In this document: piece after piece, positions 1-10,207 of the stretch
Layout of the letters: every line of letters begins with the position of its first letter
Numbering within the stretch: the first letter of the stretch is position 1
Sequence record: OZ035796.1
DNA length: 64,000 nt
Direction: 5' to 3' (one strand)
Source of the DNA: Felixounavirus NRG857CP1
Position numbers and translations under genes: made by a program
The notes under the pieces: generated by a model
Database searches by the model: none
The model's input: the letters and a program-made list of their open reading frames with translations, nothing else
What the model was told of the DNA's origin: nothing

Positions 1-78
1 AATAGTGTTGGTGGTGGACAAGCTTTCAACATTGAGCAGCCATCCTTTGTACTGTATGTATGGCAGAGAACAGCTTAA
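1..78 (+). CDS. C-terminal fragment of an upstream gene (partial, runs off window start)
   Basis: Open frame from position 1 to TAA at 76-78, followed by a hairpin plus T-run. Confidence 0.4.
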   Translation, partial: NSVGGGQAFNIEQPSFVLYVWQRTA

Positions 79-87
79 TTTCTTTAC

Positions 88-109
88 AGGGGCTTTATAG
101 CCCCTTTTA
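88..109 (+). terminator. rho-independent terminator candidate
   Basis: AGGGGCT-ttat-AGCCCCT stem-loop followed by TTTTAA. Confidence 0.5.
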
Positions 110-124
110 AGAGGAAAATTTATA

Positions 125-2506
125 ATGGCAGATTACAAATTGAGTGAATTAAACTCAATCGATACAATCCGTTCAGACGACCTTCTTCATGTCAGGGTTA
201 AAAAGAGACCTGAAATGCTGGGTGATGAAGACCGTCGAATGACCTATCAAGACTTCTTAGCATCTTTTAAACTTGAAAGATTTGTTCAGATTACTGGTAG
301 CACTATGGCGGGTGACTTAGGGATTGTTAAGTTACTTTATGGTGGTAAGGTAGTCTTTGACCCAACAGGCTCTTCTGAGATTACTATTGGGGATGTTTTA
401 AAGTCTTTTAAAATCAATGCAAATGGCCTTAAACTAACTATTGCTGACGCTTCAAGGTCGGCAACTGTTTATCATACTCTGAATAAACCAAGCCCTAATG
501 AACTTGGGATGAGAACTAATGAAGAGAATGATGCAAGATATGCAAGGCTTGCTGTGAATAATACCTTTAGAGGTACTCAAGCTATTCTCTCTGACAATGA
601 AGCCCTTATTGTTAAGAATATTACACAAGGGATGCCACTCTATATTCGTGGTCAAGATGCAGATGGCACTAACAGATGGTATCTAGGCAATGATAATAAA
701 GGCACAGACAACCTTGTTTTAAAAAACGTTAAATCTGGTGCATACGTAGCGATTTTAGCTAACCTAATCTCTGTGAATAAATCAATTCAAATCACTGGTC
801 AAGTTCAACCTTCTGATTGGGCTAACTTAGATACTAGATACTTTACTCAGACAGCAGCTAATCAGAGATTTGCGCAGTTAGCTGGTAATAACACATTTAG
901 TGGTTCTAATATTTTTACTAATTTTGTTGTTAAGAAGAATGCTAATGCTATTACTATTCAAAATGTAGATACAACTGCGGCTTTGTATATCCAAGCAAGA
1001 AAGTCAGATGGGACTAATAAGTGGTACATTGGTAATGACGGTGATGAGAACATTGTAAACATCTATAACTATTTAGCAAAAACACAAATCTCATTAGGTA
1101 ACACCATTACCATGAGCAGAACAGTCCAAATTGGTGGTCAAGTTCAACCTTCTGATTGGACTAACATTGACTCTAGATACATTCCAGCAGGAACTTTGAG
1201 TAATCTTGCTAAACTAAGTGATGTAAACACTTTCAGGTATGCACAGGTTATTAAGCAGAATGGTTCATTGTTACAGCTAAAGAACACTACACAAGACAGA
1301 GAGCTTTACTTTGCTGGTCATAATGCTGATGGTGTTAGAAGGTGGTACATCGGTAATGGGGAACCATCCAACCCAACAAGATTTACTATCCGCAACGACA
1401 GAACTGCAACTACGCTTTATATGCAAGACGATTTCTTGTTGGATAAAACTGTCAGAATTACTGGTCAAGTTCAACCTTCAGATTTCTCTAACTTAGATGC
1501 TAGATATTTCTTAAAAACAAAACTGTTAAACCAATCTTTAATGACAAGGACAGCTAATAGACTGGATGACCCATCATCATTCAACAAAGATTGTTCAGGG
1601 TTTGTAAGAAACAACGCTATTGAGCAGGGTCTGAAAGATTTAGCCATCCATGTAGCACATTCTGCTGGTATTGCTCATGCCAGAGGTATTGCTTTTACAT
1701 ATGGGTCTAAAGGTCTTGATGTCTTCACATACGCTTATGGGTCAGATGGAGCATATGTTGGAGAGGCACAGTTGTATTCAACGGCATTTAAACCAGCCCC
1801 TTCAGATATTGGTGCATACACTAAAGCTGAAACTGACCAGAAGATTGCACAGGCAGTAAGTGACTCTACAGACCTTAACAAAATCTATCCAGTAGGTATT
1901 GTAACATGGTTTAACAGTAATGTTGACCCTAATACGGCACTTCCTGGTCTAACTTGGACGTACCTGAACAATGGTGTTGGTAGAACTATCAGAATTGCAG
2001 CAGCAAATGGTTCAGATGTTGCTACAACTGGCGGTTCAGATTCTGTAACGTTAGCTGTTGGTAACTTACCATCACACACCCACAGCTTCTCTGCTACCAC
2101 TTCATCTTTTGATTATGGTACGAAGAGCACTAATAGCACTGGTGGTCATACTCACTCTGTAAGTGGTACAACAAGTGCTGCTGGTAACCACGCTCACCAC
2201 TTAGGTCTGCTATTGGTTAATGGTGGTGATGCTCAGTACGGTTATACAACTGTTAGCAATAACAAGACGAGAACTCTTGACTGGCTTGACAGAACTGATA
2301 ACAAGTTCCCTAACACTAACACAACTGGTAACCATACACACACATGGTCTGGTACTACAAGTAACACTGGTGCTCACACCCACTCTGTAGGTATTGGTGC
2401 TCACACCCATACAGTTAGTGGTAACACTGGTGGTACAGGTTCTGGTTCAGCATTTAGTGTCACTAACCAGTTCTACAAGTTAATGGCTTGGGTGAGAACT
2501 GCTTAA
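125..2506 (+). CDS. tail fiber protein
   Basis: 793 aa; three internal repeats each ending in a [14 protein letters not shown] motif; C-terminal cluster of HxH motifs ([42 protein letters not shown]) like myovirus fiber tips; AAGAGGA Shine-Dalgarno. Confidence 0.75.
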   Translation: MADYKLSELNSIDTIRSDDLLHVRVKKRPEMLGDEDRRMTYQDFLASFKLERFVQITGSTMAGDLGIVKLLYGGKVVFDPTGSSEITIGDVLKSFKINANGLKLTIADASRSATVYHTLNKPSPNELGMRTNEENDARYARLAVNNTFRGTQAILSDNEALIVKNITQGMPLYIRGQDADGTNRWYLGNDNKGTDNLVLKNVKSGAYVAILANLISVNKSIQITGQVQPSDWANLDTRYFTQTAANQRFAQLAGNNTFSGSNIFTNFVVKKNANAITIQNVDTTAALYIQARKSDGTNKWYIGNDGDENIVNIYNYLAKTQISLGNTITMSRTVQIGGQVQPSDWTNIDSRYIPAGTLSNLAKLSDVNTFRYAQVIKQNGSLLQLKNTTQDRELYFAGHNADGVRRWYIGNGEPSNPTRFTIRNDRTATTLYMQDDFLLDKTVRITGQVQPSDFSNLDARYFLKTKLLNQSLMTRTANRLDDPSSFNKDCSGFVRNNAIEQGLKDLAIHVAHSAGIAHARGIAFTYGSKGLDVFTYAYGSDGAYVGEAQLYSTAFKPAPSDIGAYTKAETDQKIAQAVSDSTDLNKIYPVGIVTWFNSNVDPNTALPGLTWTYLNNGVGRTIRIAAANGSDVATTGGSDSVTLAVGNLPSHTHSFSATTSSFDYGTKSTNSTGGHTHSVSGTTSAAGNHAHHLGLLLVNGGDAQYGYTTVSNNKTRTLDWLDRTDNKFPNTNTTGNHTHTWSGTTSNTGAHTHSVGIGAHTHTVSGNTGGTGSGSAFSVTNQFYKLMAWVRTA

Positions 2507-2585
2507 TCCCTTGTTGACTGATTGTTAAGATGGTGTTAATATTCTTTATGGGTATTCTCACCATCTTGGCTGATGAGGTGATTAA

Positions 2586-2780
2586 ATGCCTACAATCCTA
2601 GCAATTCTTCTAAAAAATCTAGGTAGCTTCTTCTGGAAACTCATTTTATCCCTTCTAAGTGAATACATGATTGAGAAAGTGTTCTTTAAGCTTGCAAGAT
2701 ACCTTGCGAGTAAAACAGACACACCTATTGATGATGAGTTCGTAGATAACTTAGAAAAAGCTTTTAAGGGGGAGAAATAA
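2586..2780 (+). CDS. small hydrophobic membrane protein
   Basis: 64 aa, hydrophobic N-terminal half; GAGGTGA Shine-Dalgarno; directly downstream of tail fiber. Confidence 0.55.
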   Translation: MPTILAILLKNLGSFFWKLILSLLSEYMIEKVFFKLARYLASKTDTPIDDEFVDNLEKAFKGEK

Positions 2781-3152
2781 ATGAAGTGGCTAGAGGAAGC
2801 TTTTAAAAATAATATTGGTGTAATTGTAGTTGGTATTTTTAGTGTTATTGGGATGTATACCACGATGCAAGTTTCAAGTGGTAAACAAGAAGTGTCTGTC
2901 ACAACAAAGTTACAGCAGCTAGATAATTATTCCAAAAGTAACTATTCAGCTATTCGTGATTTACAGTCTGACATGAGACTGATTCAGCTAGGGATGGAGA
3001 ACCAGAAAGTTCAGTTAGAGAATGTTAAGGGTGAAAACGCAAAACTTACCAAAACTCTTGATAAATTCTCTGACAGTGTGAATAATCTGGCTCAATCAGT
3101 ATCAGCCCTCCAAGCTATTACTGAGAAGAACACAAAGAATACTGAGAAATAA
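2781..3152 (+). CDS. membrane-anchored coiled-coil protein
   Basis: 123 aa; N-terminal TM segment (IGVIVVGIFSVIGMY) then heptad-like Q/L/N-rich region; GGGGGAG Shine-Dalgarno. Confidence 0.55.
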   Translation: MKWLEEAFKNNIGVIVVGIFSVIGMYTTMQVSSGKQEVSVTTKLQQLDNYSKSNYSAIRDLQSDMRLIQLGMENQKVQLENVKGENAKLTKTLDKFSDSVNNLAQSVSALQAITEKNTKNTEK

Positions 3153-3160
3153 AATTTTAA

Positions 3161-3190
3161 GGCTCCTTTTGACGGGAGCCTTTTTTGTTT
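3161..3190. terminator. bidirectional rho-independent terminator candidate
   Basis: GGCTCC...GGGAGCC hairpin followed by TTTTTTGTTTTT; lies between convergent genes. Confidence 0.6.
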
Positions 3191-4090
3191 TTACTTACCT
3201 ACTGACAAAGGTGCTTCAATCTTTCCTGCATGTTTGTAGTTGTTGATGCCACCAATAAAGTCACTTGCAGTAAGATGTTTTAAGTCACTTAAGGTGTTAA
3301 GTTGTACACCAATCTCAAAAGTAGGTGCATGGAACTCTTCATTGTTCATCAGTTCATAAACCTGCTTCATATGGTTCTGGTAAATCTGAGTGTCTCCAAA
3401 GACACCTATCAAGTATCGTGGAGTGTATCCAGTCATCTTACAAAGAACTTCTAAGATGAAGCCATAAGACGCAATATTAAACGGAAGTCCTAAAAATGTG
3501 TCTACAGAACGCTGATACCATTGCAAATCTACTTCACCTTCGTTGGTGATATAAATCTGAAACAGAACATGACAAGGTGCTAAAGCCATCGAGTTTGCTG
3601 CAATATCTGCTGCATTCCAAGCATTAACAAGCATGTAGCGGTCTGTGATATCACCTTTCATCTTTGTTACTAAGGTCTCTAACTGGTCTACAACACAACC
3701 ATTATGACCTTCAAAGTTTCTCCACTGAACCCCGTAGATTCTCCCACCTGCATCTTCTAACCAATCTTGTTCAGAAGAATAATTAGAGCTTAACCAGCGT
3801 TTAAAATCATCTGACCAGATAGTCCAACGCTCCCCATCATTTTCACCCCAAGTACGATAACGGAGTTCACCAAGTTTATTCTCACCATTCAGGAACCATA
3901 AAGCTTCCCCAATAACTTGCCGTGTAAACACCTGTTTAGATGTTAAGAGTGGAAAACCAGTACGCATATCAAAACGAAACTGTGGTGGAGCAAATGCAGA
4001 GATAACATCTCCAGTTCGTGTAGTACGCAGTTCACCAACGGATAAAACATGGTTCAGGATATTTTTGTAACTTGAATCTGCTTGTGACAT
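3191..4090 (-). CDS. thyA: thymidylate synthase
   Basis: 299 aa; ThyA-like sequence throughout, including the LAPCHVLFQ active-site Cys motif. Confidence 0.9.
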   Translation of the reverse strand: MSQADSSYKNILNHVLSVGELRTTRTGDVISAFAPPQFRFDMRTGFPLLTSKQVFTRQVIGEALWFLNGENKLGELRYRTWGENDGERWTIWSDDFKRWLSSNYSSEQDWLEDAGGRIYGVQWRNFEGHNGCVVDQLETLVTKMKGDITDRYMLVNAWNAADIAANSMALAPCHVLFQIYITNEGEVDLQWYQRSVDTFLGLPFNIASYGFILEVLCKMTGYTPRYLIGVFGDTQIYQNHMKQVYELMNNEEFHAPTFEIGVQLNTLSDLKHLTASDFIGGINNYKHAGKIEAPLSVGK

Positions 4091-4091
4091 A

Positions 4092-4637
4092 TCAAAAGTG
4101 TCCTTTTACTTGTGGAACATAAATTTCAAAAGTTGCTTTACCATCCTCTGATGGTTTTGACTGTACCTTTGTAAATACACGGTTATCATACAGCTTCTCA
4201 AAGAAGTTTTCAAAAGGTAAATGTACAGTGACCTCTTCAGTAACTTTATGGAAAACAGTATGGAACACTACATCAGCATATGGTAAAGCATTGACAAGGA
4301 CACCTGCACCACCAATTACAAAGACATCTTCATCAATAGAGCTATCAAGATACTTCAAAAATGCTCCAAATGACTCTTTACTGGCTTTAGCATACATTAC
4401 ATCATCTTTGCCAAAGTCTATGCCTAAGTATGGTACAGAATTTGTTAAGACGAGGTTTGCACGTTCTGGTAATGGTTTACTGCCCAGAGTCTTAAAAGTC
4501 TCGTTACCCATGACTACTAAGTTATTTTTAGTGAGTCTCTTAAACTCTTGCATATCCTGTTTATGTCGAGGCCACGGCATACCAGTTGGAGTACCAAACT
4601 CCCCATTTTCACCACTTGCAAAGATTAATTTAATCAT
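4092..4637 (-). CDS. folA: dihydrofolate reductase
   Basis: 181 aa; N-terminal MIKLIFA...GMPWP DHFR signature; adjacent to thyA as in T4 td/frd. Confidence 0.85.
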   Translation of the reverse strand: MIKLIFASGENGEFGTPTGMPWPRHKQDMQEFKRLTKNNLVVMGNETFKTLGSKPLPERANLVLTNSVPYLGIDFGKDDVMYAKASKESFGAFLKYLDSSIDEDVFVIGGAGVLVNALPYADVVFHTVFHKVTEEVTVHLPFENFFEKLYDNRVFTKVQSKPSEDGKATFEIYVPQVKGHF

Positions 4638-4894
4638 TTTGTAAATCCTTTCTTAATGAACCAGTTGATAACATTCTTCACAGCTTTATTGCTATGGTAG
4701 ATTAAGTGTGGTGTAGGTTGGTATGAACCATAAGCCCAGAAAGCAATGATTTCATTACATCCTGTACACCTTGTACTCTCTTCAGCAATATGACCGTTGA
4801 CTATTTCACTTACCTCACCTTGTAAGTCTGTACACCCACAATGTGGACATCGGATAGGTGTTCCATCAGACTCATAGCAGTGTTCAATTTTCAT
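4634..4894 (-). CDS. small Cys-rich zinc-ribbon protein
   Basis: 86 aa; CPHCGC...CTGC pattern; overlaps the DHFR start by 4 nt. Confidence 0.5.
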   Translation of the reverse strand: MKIEHCYESDGTPIRCPHCGCTDLQGEVSEIVNGHIAEESTRCTGCNEIIAFWAYGSYQPTPHLIYHSNKAVKNVINWFIKKGFTK

Positions 4895-5410
4895 TTATTT
4901 AACCTCAAAAACTGGCTCAAGAACCAATATAAAGTCTACACAGTCATCTTCTTCATCCAGAATACCATCAAAGTTCTTAGGAACGAAGTCGAAGAGGCTC
5001 ATAACAAAACAGTCAGAAGTGACCTTGATAGTTCCTCCCATGTTCTCTACAGTCAACACTGTACGACTTTCTTTTACCTCCCTCAGAAGATTACCCACAA
5101 AGTCATCTAAGAAGTACTTCATCAGTGACTTAAAACCTTTAGGGTAATCTGTACCAGAGTATGTTTCAATCTGAGGAACAAGCTTAACATTTATACTAGT
5201 CTTTGTTAAGAATGTATTAGAGAACATACTATCAGGTAACTTACAAACAGTCTTTCCAGTACCTTCATGTTCAATCTCAACAAAACCAGCTTCATCGCCA
5301 CATGTAACTATTTTAAAAGATGCTTCATTCTCATAATGTGAAGCCATAAACTTTTTAAGCATCTCTTTAAGGAAATCTGCATGAGCATCTTGTAAGTAGA
5401 TATCAATCAT
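4895..5410 (-). CDS. hypothetical protein
   Basis: 171-aa ORF tightly packed in the minus-strand operon. Confidence 0.5.
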   Translation of the reverse strand: MIDIYLQDAHADFLKEMLKKFMASHYENEASFKIVTCGDEAGFVEIEHEGTGKTVCKLPDSMFSNTFLTKTSINVKLVPQIETYSGTDYPKGFKSLMKYFLDDFVGNLLREVKESRTVLTVENMGGTIKVTSDCFVMSLFDFVPKNFDGILDEEDDCVDFILVLEPVFEVK

Positions 5411-5423
5411 AGTTAATCACCTA

Positions 5424-5783
5424 TTATGGGAACAGACACTTAATGTCGTCGTTTTTGAAAACAAAACTCGTGTAGTTATGACCGTCAACATCCAGCCAAA
5501 CAGCCTGAACATCTACACCATCAAGATTCTGGTAAAGCTCTTTGATGAAGTGGTCTTTCACAATCTGACTGCTAGTTGTTTCCAGCTTAATGTTCGAGAT
5601 TGCTGAACCTACAGCCATATAGCCCATGACACGTTTCTTCTCAGTATGCTTAATCTTACCATCTTTGTAAGCCATAATGAGATTGGAGAGAATCTTCACA
5701 CCATAATACTTTTCAAGGTGAGTGGGTACGCCATAAAAACCTAATGCGAAGTTTTCAGAGTGGATAATGTTTTCACGTTTCAT
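5424..5783 (-). CDS. hypothetical protein
   Basis: 119-aa ORF, co-oriented and tightly packed. Confidence 0.5.
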   Translation of the reverse strand: MKRENIIHSENFALGFYGVPTHLEKYYGVKILSNLIMAYKDGKIKHTEKKRVMGYMAVGSAISNIKLETTSSQIVKDHFIKELYQNLDGVDVQAVWLDVDGHNYTSFVFKNDDIKCLFP

Positions 5784-5784
5784 A

Positions 5785-6084
5785 TTAATCTGCCAACCTT
5801 AAATTAAAATTAACACCAAATTTTTCACATACTTCCAACATATACTCAAGGGAAACATTCCCAGTGAGGTGGATTATGTTGGATACACGAGCCTGAGAGA
5901 TACCACAAATTTTAGCAACTTGCTCTTGAGAAAGACCTCTGGATTTAATCTCTCTCTTAAAACGATGTGCAACGAAGTCTCTCATTTCGTCTACATCCAT
6001 TGGACAAATATAACTCTCCATTTCAGCCTCTCTATCAGCCTCCCAATCATCTTGTGGGGCATAAGGGTCAAAAACCTCATTCAT
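5785..6084 (-). CDS. helix-turn-helix (XRE/Cro-like) DNA-binding protein
   Basis: HTH-like segment LSQEQVAKICGISQARVSNIIHL; start moved to the internal ATG at 6082-6084 preceded by GGAAGAAGAAAGA. Confidence 0.5.
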   Translation of the reverse strand: MNEVFDPYAPQDDWEADREAEMESYICPMDVDEMRDFVAHRFKREIKSRGLSQEQVAKICGISQARVSNIIHLTGNVSLEYMLEVCEKFGVNFNLRLAD

Positions 6085-6289
6085 CTTTCTTCTTCCGTTT
6101 GCGTGAAGTGTCAATCAATGAATCTATGTTTGTAGCTCTAACCTTTTCACGTTCATCGTTAAGATAATCATCAAGAGCCTTTTCAATCTGTGAATCATCT
6201 TGACAGATAACTGTAAAGACTGTAAATCCGTCTTTATCGTCAATTATCTTACCATAACCGCTTCTGGGATGTAACTTTTTAAGAGCCAT
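6077..6289 (-). CDS. hypothetical protein
   Basis: 70-aa ORF; 8-nt overlap with the downstream gene. Confidence 0.4.
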   Translation of the reverse strand: MALKKLHPRSGYGKIIDDKDGFTVFTVICQDDSQIEKALDDYLNDEREKVRATNIDSLIDTSRKRKKKDE

Positions 6290-6290
6290 A

Positions 6291-6674
6291 TCAAATACCT
6301 GTGCAGCTTCTGTTTTCTAAGAAATACTCCACACCATACATAGCTTTTTGCATCAAATCTTCTTTAAACTGGATACGATGGTTGAGCATAGCCTGTACAT
6401 CAATATCATCATGGTGCTTCTCTTTAATGTTTGCAGATTGCAGGAAATACTCTGCAAGAACACGATATTGGTAGTCAGTCACCTTATCAGTCATCTCTGT
6501 CAAAGACTCTTCAGAGATTGGTTTAAGTAGCTCACCTTTAGATAGAGCAACACCTTTTACAATATGGCAAGTGTCTTCTGGAACACCTGATAAGTCCACA
6601 TTTGGAAGTTCTGTTGCATTGACTGGTAAATTTATTGCCATAACCATTGCAGCAGCTAATAAAATCTTTTTCAT
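6291..6674 (-). CDS. secreted protein with signal peptide
   Basis: 127 aa; N-terminus MKKILLAAAMVMAINLPVNA is a typical Sec signal. Confidence 0.55.
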   Translation of the reverse strand: MKKILLAAAMVMAINLPVNATELPNVDLSGVPEDTCHIVKGVALSKGELLKPISEESLTEMTDKVTDYQYRVLAEYFLQSANIKEKHHDDIDVQAMLNHRIQFKEDLMQKAMYGVEYFLENRSCTGI

Positions 6675-6699
6675 AATGACCTCAAAGTTATATTAAATT

Positions 6700-7060
6700 T
6701 TGTATTACATTGAGTATAAAAATAAGCTATAACACCTGACTTGTCAACAGATTTTATAGCTTATTTGGCAGATTTTTTATAAGGCTACTGCCATCCTTCC
6801 ATACATTACCTAACCAAGCCGAACATCACACAACCAGACCGAGCCGCACCCCGCCTTATTAAAAGACCCTCTTTAAAGACCTTTTAAAAAGGTGAGTCTC
6901 ATTTTAATGTAGCTGAGACTAACTACCCATACCGAACCTCACCGCACCATACTACACCTGACACCACCTTACACCACCGCACCATACCTGACCGAGCTAC
7001 ACATCACTTAAAAACCCTTTTCAAAGACTCTTAAGTGATGCTGGTGAGTACCCGTTGGTT
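6700..7060. repeat. C/A-rich non-coding region with two diverged direct repeat units
   Basis: Two ~110-bp units share ACCGAAC-TCAC, ACCGAGC, TTAAAA-ACCC-TT, AAAGAC, GGTGAGT blocks; composition is atypical for the window. Confidence 0.45.
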
Positions 7061-7094
7061 TATGCTGCTCAGTATACTCACCAAATTTTCTATG

Positions 7095-7283
7095 TCAACA
7101 ACTTTCTAATAAAGTTTTATGAAGATTTTGCTTAACAACCCGCCTCACATGCCTGTGCTCTTTCTTAATAAAGAGTGACCTCTTCTTGATAGAGCGCCTA
7201 TTCTTGTAAGTATTACTAGGATACTTATCATGAACCGGACAACAGCTACCCGGATTGGTAAACTTGATAATCTCTCTTTTCAC
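7095..7283 (-). CDS. small basic protein
   Basis: 62 aa, K/R-rich; 1-nt overlap with the ligase stop. Confidence 0.45.
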   Translation of the reverse strand: MKREIIKFTNPGSCCPVHDKYPSNTYKNRRSIKKRSLFIKKEHRHVRRVVKQNLHKTLLESC

Positions 7284-8383
7284 TATTCATAATCCCTAAT
7301 AACTAACCCGACAGGGAACTGTAAAGAACCCTTACGAGTCATCTTCTGAAACTGAACCGTTAAAGGCTTCCCGATAAACTCTTCAGGATGTTCAGCAAGA
7401 TACTGTTTCTTCTCGTGTGTAGTCTTCCATGAGACATCTACAAAGACGTTAGGAAGAGTCTCTACAACGAACTTGCCATGACCACGTTTATCGGTCTTTA
7501 CACCAGTCACTTTAAACTCTTCAGTGTGCATCTTCTTATGCTTAATCAAGAAGTATGAACGGTGACAACACTCATAGAAGGAGTCTTCAGAGATTGAGCG
7601 GTACATTGCACCTTCAAACTTAGCTTCAACCCACTTATCATGAGCTTCATCAAACTCTTCCCAAGAATTTACACGGATAGTCTGTACAGGAACCACTCTA
7701 CAGGTATCCCCAAGCTCAACAATAGGTGAGTTATCAATAACTTCACGACGCTCAGGCCAAGATTTTGAATTGTCACAGATATCATACCAGTAGAATTTAA
7801 GAAGGTGACGGTCTGGATTGTCAGCATTCTTAATCATAGATACAATATCTTCTAAGTCCCAGCCATGAGCATAAATCTCTCCATCAAAGTCTTCAACTTG
7901 CGGATGTAATTTAAGCAACAAAAGTAAGTCTGGGATTAGTTCTGCTGGAACGTTGTAAACAGTATTCTCACGAGAATAAGCTGTGAAACTGACTGAATCA
8001 GCATCTCTTGAAATTCTACAACGTACACCATCCAGTTTTGGTTGAGCATCAGCAGGGAACTTCAGATACTTTGCATGACTAACCTTTGCAGCATCATGAG
8101 CAAGCTGTACACCTACCTTCTCAGTATTCTGTGCAGACTCTTTTGTGTAAGCATAACCTTTACGGTCAACTTGCTTTTTATACTTAGCAGCAACTTCAAA
8201 GAGAGCTTGCTGTTCAGCGTTACGCTCATTCTTTTTACCGATGTTTTTCGGTTCTGCTGTGTACTCTTCAAACATCATCTTGCCATTTTCTTTACCATAG
8301 GTTGTAATAACTTTGTCACCTACAGCAACGCATGACCAGACGTTGAAAGAGCCATCTTTATTTTGTTTGTATAGGATTGTCAT
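7283..8383 (-). CDS. ATP-dependent DNA ligase
   Basis: Nucleotidyltransferase motif I (PKLDGVR); size typical of phage ligases; start set at the ATG at 8381-8383 preceded by AGAGGA. Confidence 0.8.
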   Translation of the reverse strand: MTILYKQNKDGSFNVWSCVAVGDKVITTYGKENGKMMFEEYTAEPKNIGKKNERNAEQQALFEVAAKYKKQVDRKGYAYTKESAQNTEKVGVQLAHDAAKVSHAKYLKFPADAQPKLDGVRCRISRDADSVSFTAYSRENTVYNVPAELIPDLLLLLKLHPQVEDFDGEIYAHGWDLEDIVSMIKNADNPDRHLLKFYWYDICDNSKSWPERREVIDNSPIVELGDTCRVVPVQTIRVNSWEEFDEAHDKWVEAKFEGAMYRSISEDSFYECCHRSYFLIKHKKMHTEEFKVTGVKTDKRGHGKFVVETLPNVFVDVSWKTTHEKKQYLAEHPEEFIGKPLTVQFQKMTRKGSLQFPVGLVIRDYE

Positions 8384-8385
8384 TT

Positions 8386-8577
8386 TTATTCCTCTGAGTG
8401 ATACCAAGTATTGCAAGCATTACATGCGTAAAGCTCTAAGTCATTTTTATCTGGTTTATGAAAACAGTTTGCTCCGCAGTGGCAACGAAATGGCTTTCCA
8501 CCAACTGTCAGGACGAAGGACTGAATCTTTCCATCAGGAGTCCGTACAGCATTTTTATACTTATCTTCTTTGTTCAT
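8386..8577 (-). CDS. small zinc-finger protein
   Basis: 63 aa with CHCG...C...CNACN Cys/His cluster. Confidence 0.45.
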   Translation of the reverse strand: MNKEDKYKNAVRTPDGKIQSFVLTVGGKPFRCHCGANCFHKPDKNDLELYACNACNTWYHSEE

Positions 8578-8780
8578 TTCCTCTTGCCACCAATTTCTAC
8601 GTCAATAACTTGAACATCACCAGCAACATCAAACTTATGAATGATGCTTTCCACAGTGTAAGTCCAACCATCAATGCGAACCAACTCACCTTCTCGTGGG
8701 ACGATTGGGTTACGTTGAGCTACCGTTGTAGTAGAGTGAACAACATCATAACAATAGATATAGTTTACTAGGACTTCCAT
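8574..8780 (-). CDS. hypothetical protein
   Basis: ORF 8574-8879 trimmed to the internal ATG at 8778-8780 (GAGGG Shine-Dalgarno) to avoid overlap with the upstream lipoprotein gene. Confidence 0.4.
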   Translation of the reverse strand: MEVLVNYIYCYDVVHSTTTVAQRNPIVPREGELVRIDGWTYTVESIIHKFDVAGDVQVIDVEIGGKRK

Positions 8781-8790
8781 CGTGAAACCC

Positions 8791-9027
8791 TCACTCAATA
8801 ACCGTAGTGTGTGATTGACCATTTTTGCCATAGCTATAAGATGTTGTTGTTTGGGAGTTTGGACATCTGACAACAACAATATCTCTGCTTATAGCATCAC
8901 CATGTAACTTGTATACTCTGCAATCTTGCATCTCTGGTGGGAGGCTGTAAGAAGCATTTTTATCTTCATAAGAAGGGTTGCAGCCAGATAGAAAAATAAC
9001 ACCAAGCGCAATTACTGATTTCCACAT
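8791..9027 (-). CDS. lipoprotein
   Basis: N-terminus MWKSVIALGVIFLSGC has an LSGC lipobox; AGGGG Shine-Dalgarno before the ATG at 9025-9027. Confidence 0.55.
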   Translation of the reverse strand: MWKSVIALGVIFLSGCNPSYEDKNASYSLPPEMQDCRVYKLHGDAISRDIVVVRCPNSQTTTSYSYGKNGQSHTTVIE

Positions 9028-9214
9028 AATACACCCCTGTTTACTGTTCACGATGCTCTACTTCTCTGTATGTACGTCGATAATGAATGATAAGTGGTGC
9101 TAATTCATTGCTTTTAACATTTGAGCGTAACAGTTGCCAGTCAAAACCTTTACCAACTCTTCCATATAAATTAAAAAACTTAACTTTGCGTTTCATTTTC
9201 GGTATCTCCAATAT

Positions 9215-9427
9215 TCAGAGGTTAATATTAATACGTTCGCCCTTAAGGACTCCAGTACGGTCCCTTGCAATCTTACCATCAACAATAAGGATATGCGCAG
9301 ACCTTAAAGAGTCATTATTAAAACCTTTTACGAACTTACTAGGCATCACTACAATAAGCATCTCCTGAATCAACTCTGGAGTATAGCAGTTATCATGAAG
9401 TTGTTGGATAACGTCTGCAAGTGTCAT
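9215..9427 (-). CDS. hypothetical protein
   Basis: ORF 9215-9442 with start moved to the ATG preceded by GGAGA. Confidence 0.45.
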   Translation of the reverse strand: MTLADVIQQLHDNCYTPELIQEMLIVVMPSKFVKGFNNDSLRSAHILIVDGKIARDRTGVLKGERININL

Positions 9428-9633
9428 TTTTGATGTCTCCAATACTCAATGTCAATAAGTTCTTGTGCAATGCTTTTCAGATTACCTTTCAAGAAAACCT
9501 TCTCAGAACCTGAAAGAGATGAATTGTCAATTAACCTGTTCATTCTCTCAAACAACTTCTGCTTACGGTTCTTGATAGTTTCCTTTGAAGCGCCTTTCAT
9601 CATCGCTGCATGGGTTCTTCCACGATGGCTCAT
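9424..9633 (-). CDS. hypothetical basic protein
   Basis: 69-aa ORF, K/R-rich; ATGA-type overlap with neighbour. Confidence 0.45.
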   Translation of the reverse strand: MSHRGRTHAAMMKGASKETIKNRKQKLFERMNRLIDNSSLSGSEKVFLKGNLKSIAQELIDIEYWRHQK

Positions 9634-9684
9634 AAGTCCTCCTATACAAGATATTGTATAAGGTACTCTTCCCTGAGCACCTTG

Positions 9685-10197
9685 TCAACTTAGTTTTGCA
9701 AACTCTCCGTGGAGTTTAATAGCAGCTTCACAGTAAGCTTTATGGGCTTCTTCTGGTGTGTCAAACATACCAAGATGATAGTTTTTACCTTGTAAACGTA
9801 TCATTGCTCGAAACCTTTTACTTATCTTCTGTACACCTTTTGGCAACCCAGATGGGGACTCTCTTGACCGATTGCAAGAGTTTTGTGAAGCTGTACAAAC
9901 CCTTAAATTCAAGTACCTATTGTCCCAACCGTCCCCATTCTTATGGTCAACCTGTAAGGTTTTATCAGGTAGATATCCATCCATATACAAGATAACTAAA
10001 CGATTTGCTTGGTAACCCCTTCCATCAATCAGCAACTGAACTGACTTGTGTCCATCAGTATTTGTTCTGTAGTTTCCAGCCCTCTTACCTCCAAATCTAG
10101 AGTTAAAGTTTGCATTACCTTCTCTAAACTTCCAAGTAAAGACCCCTGTTTCGGGGTCGTAGTCCAATAGCTCCTTAAGACGAATTTCTGTAATCAT
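9685..10197 (-). CDS. HNH homing endonuclease with AP2-like DNA-binding domain
   Basis: LLxYDPETGVFTW N-terminal motif, HKNGDGWDNR-LNLRVCT-QN HNH core, C-terminal AP2-like YRA...G-Y-LG-F motif; free-standing next to the polymerase gene. Confidence 0.75.
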   Translation of the reverse strand: MITEIRLKELLDYDPETGVFTWKFREGNANFNSRFGGKRAGNYRTNTDGHKSVQLLIDGRGYQANRLVILYMDGYLPDKTLQVDHKNGDGWDNRYLNLRVCTASQNSCNRSRESPSGLPKGVQKISKRFRAMIRLQGKNYHLGMFDTPEEAHKAYCEAAIKLHGEFAKLS

Positions 10198-10207
10198 TTC
10201 AACACCA

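Noticed and set aside
4228-4644. Plus-strand ORF (138 aa) antisense to DHFR
   Set aside because: Fully embedded antisense within a gene with strong homology support; typical shadow ORF.
9087-9368. Plus-strand ORF (93 aa) inside the minus-strand operon
   Set aside because: Antisense to the co-directional minus-strand genes at 9215-9633; low-complexity product and no Shine-Dalgarno. A short minus-strand ORF may exist in 9040-9195, but I could not verify its frame by hand.
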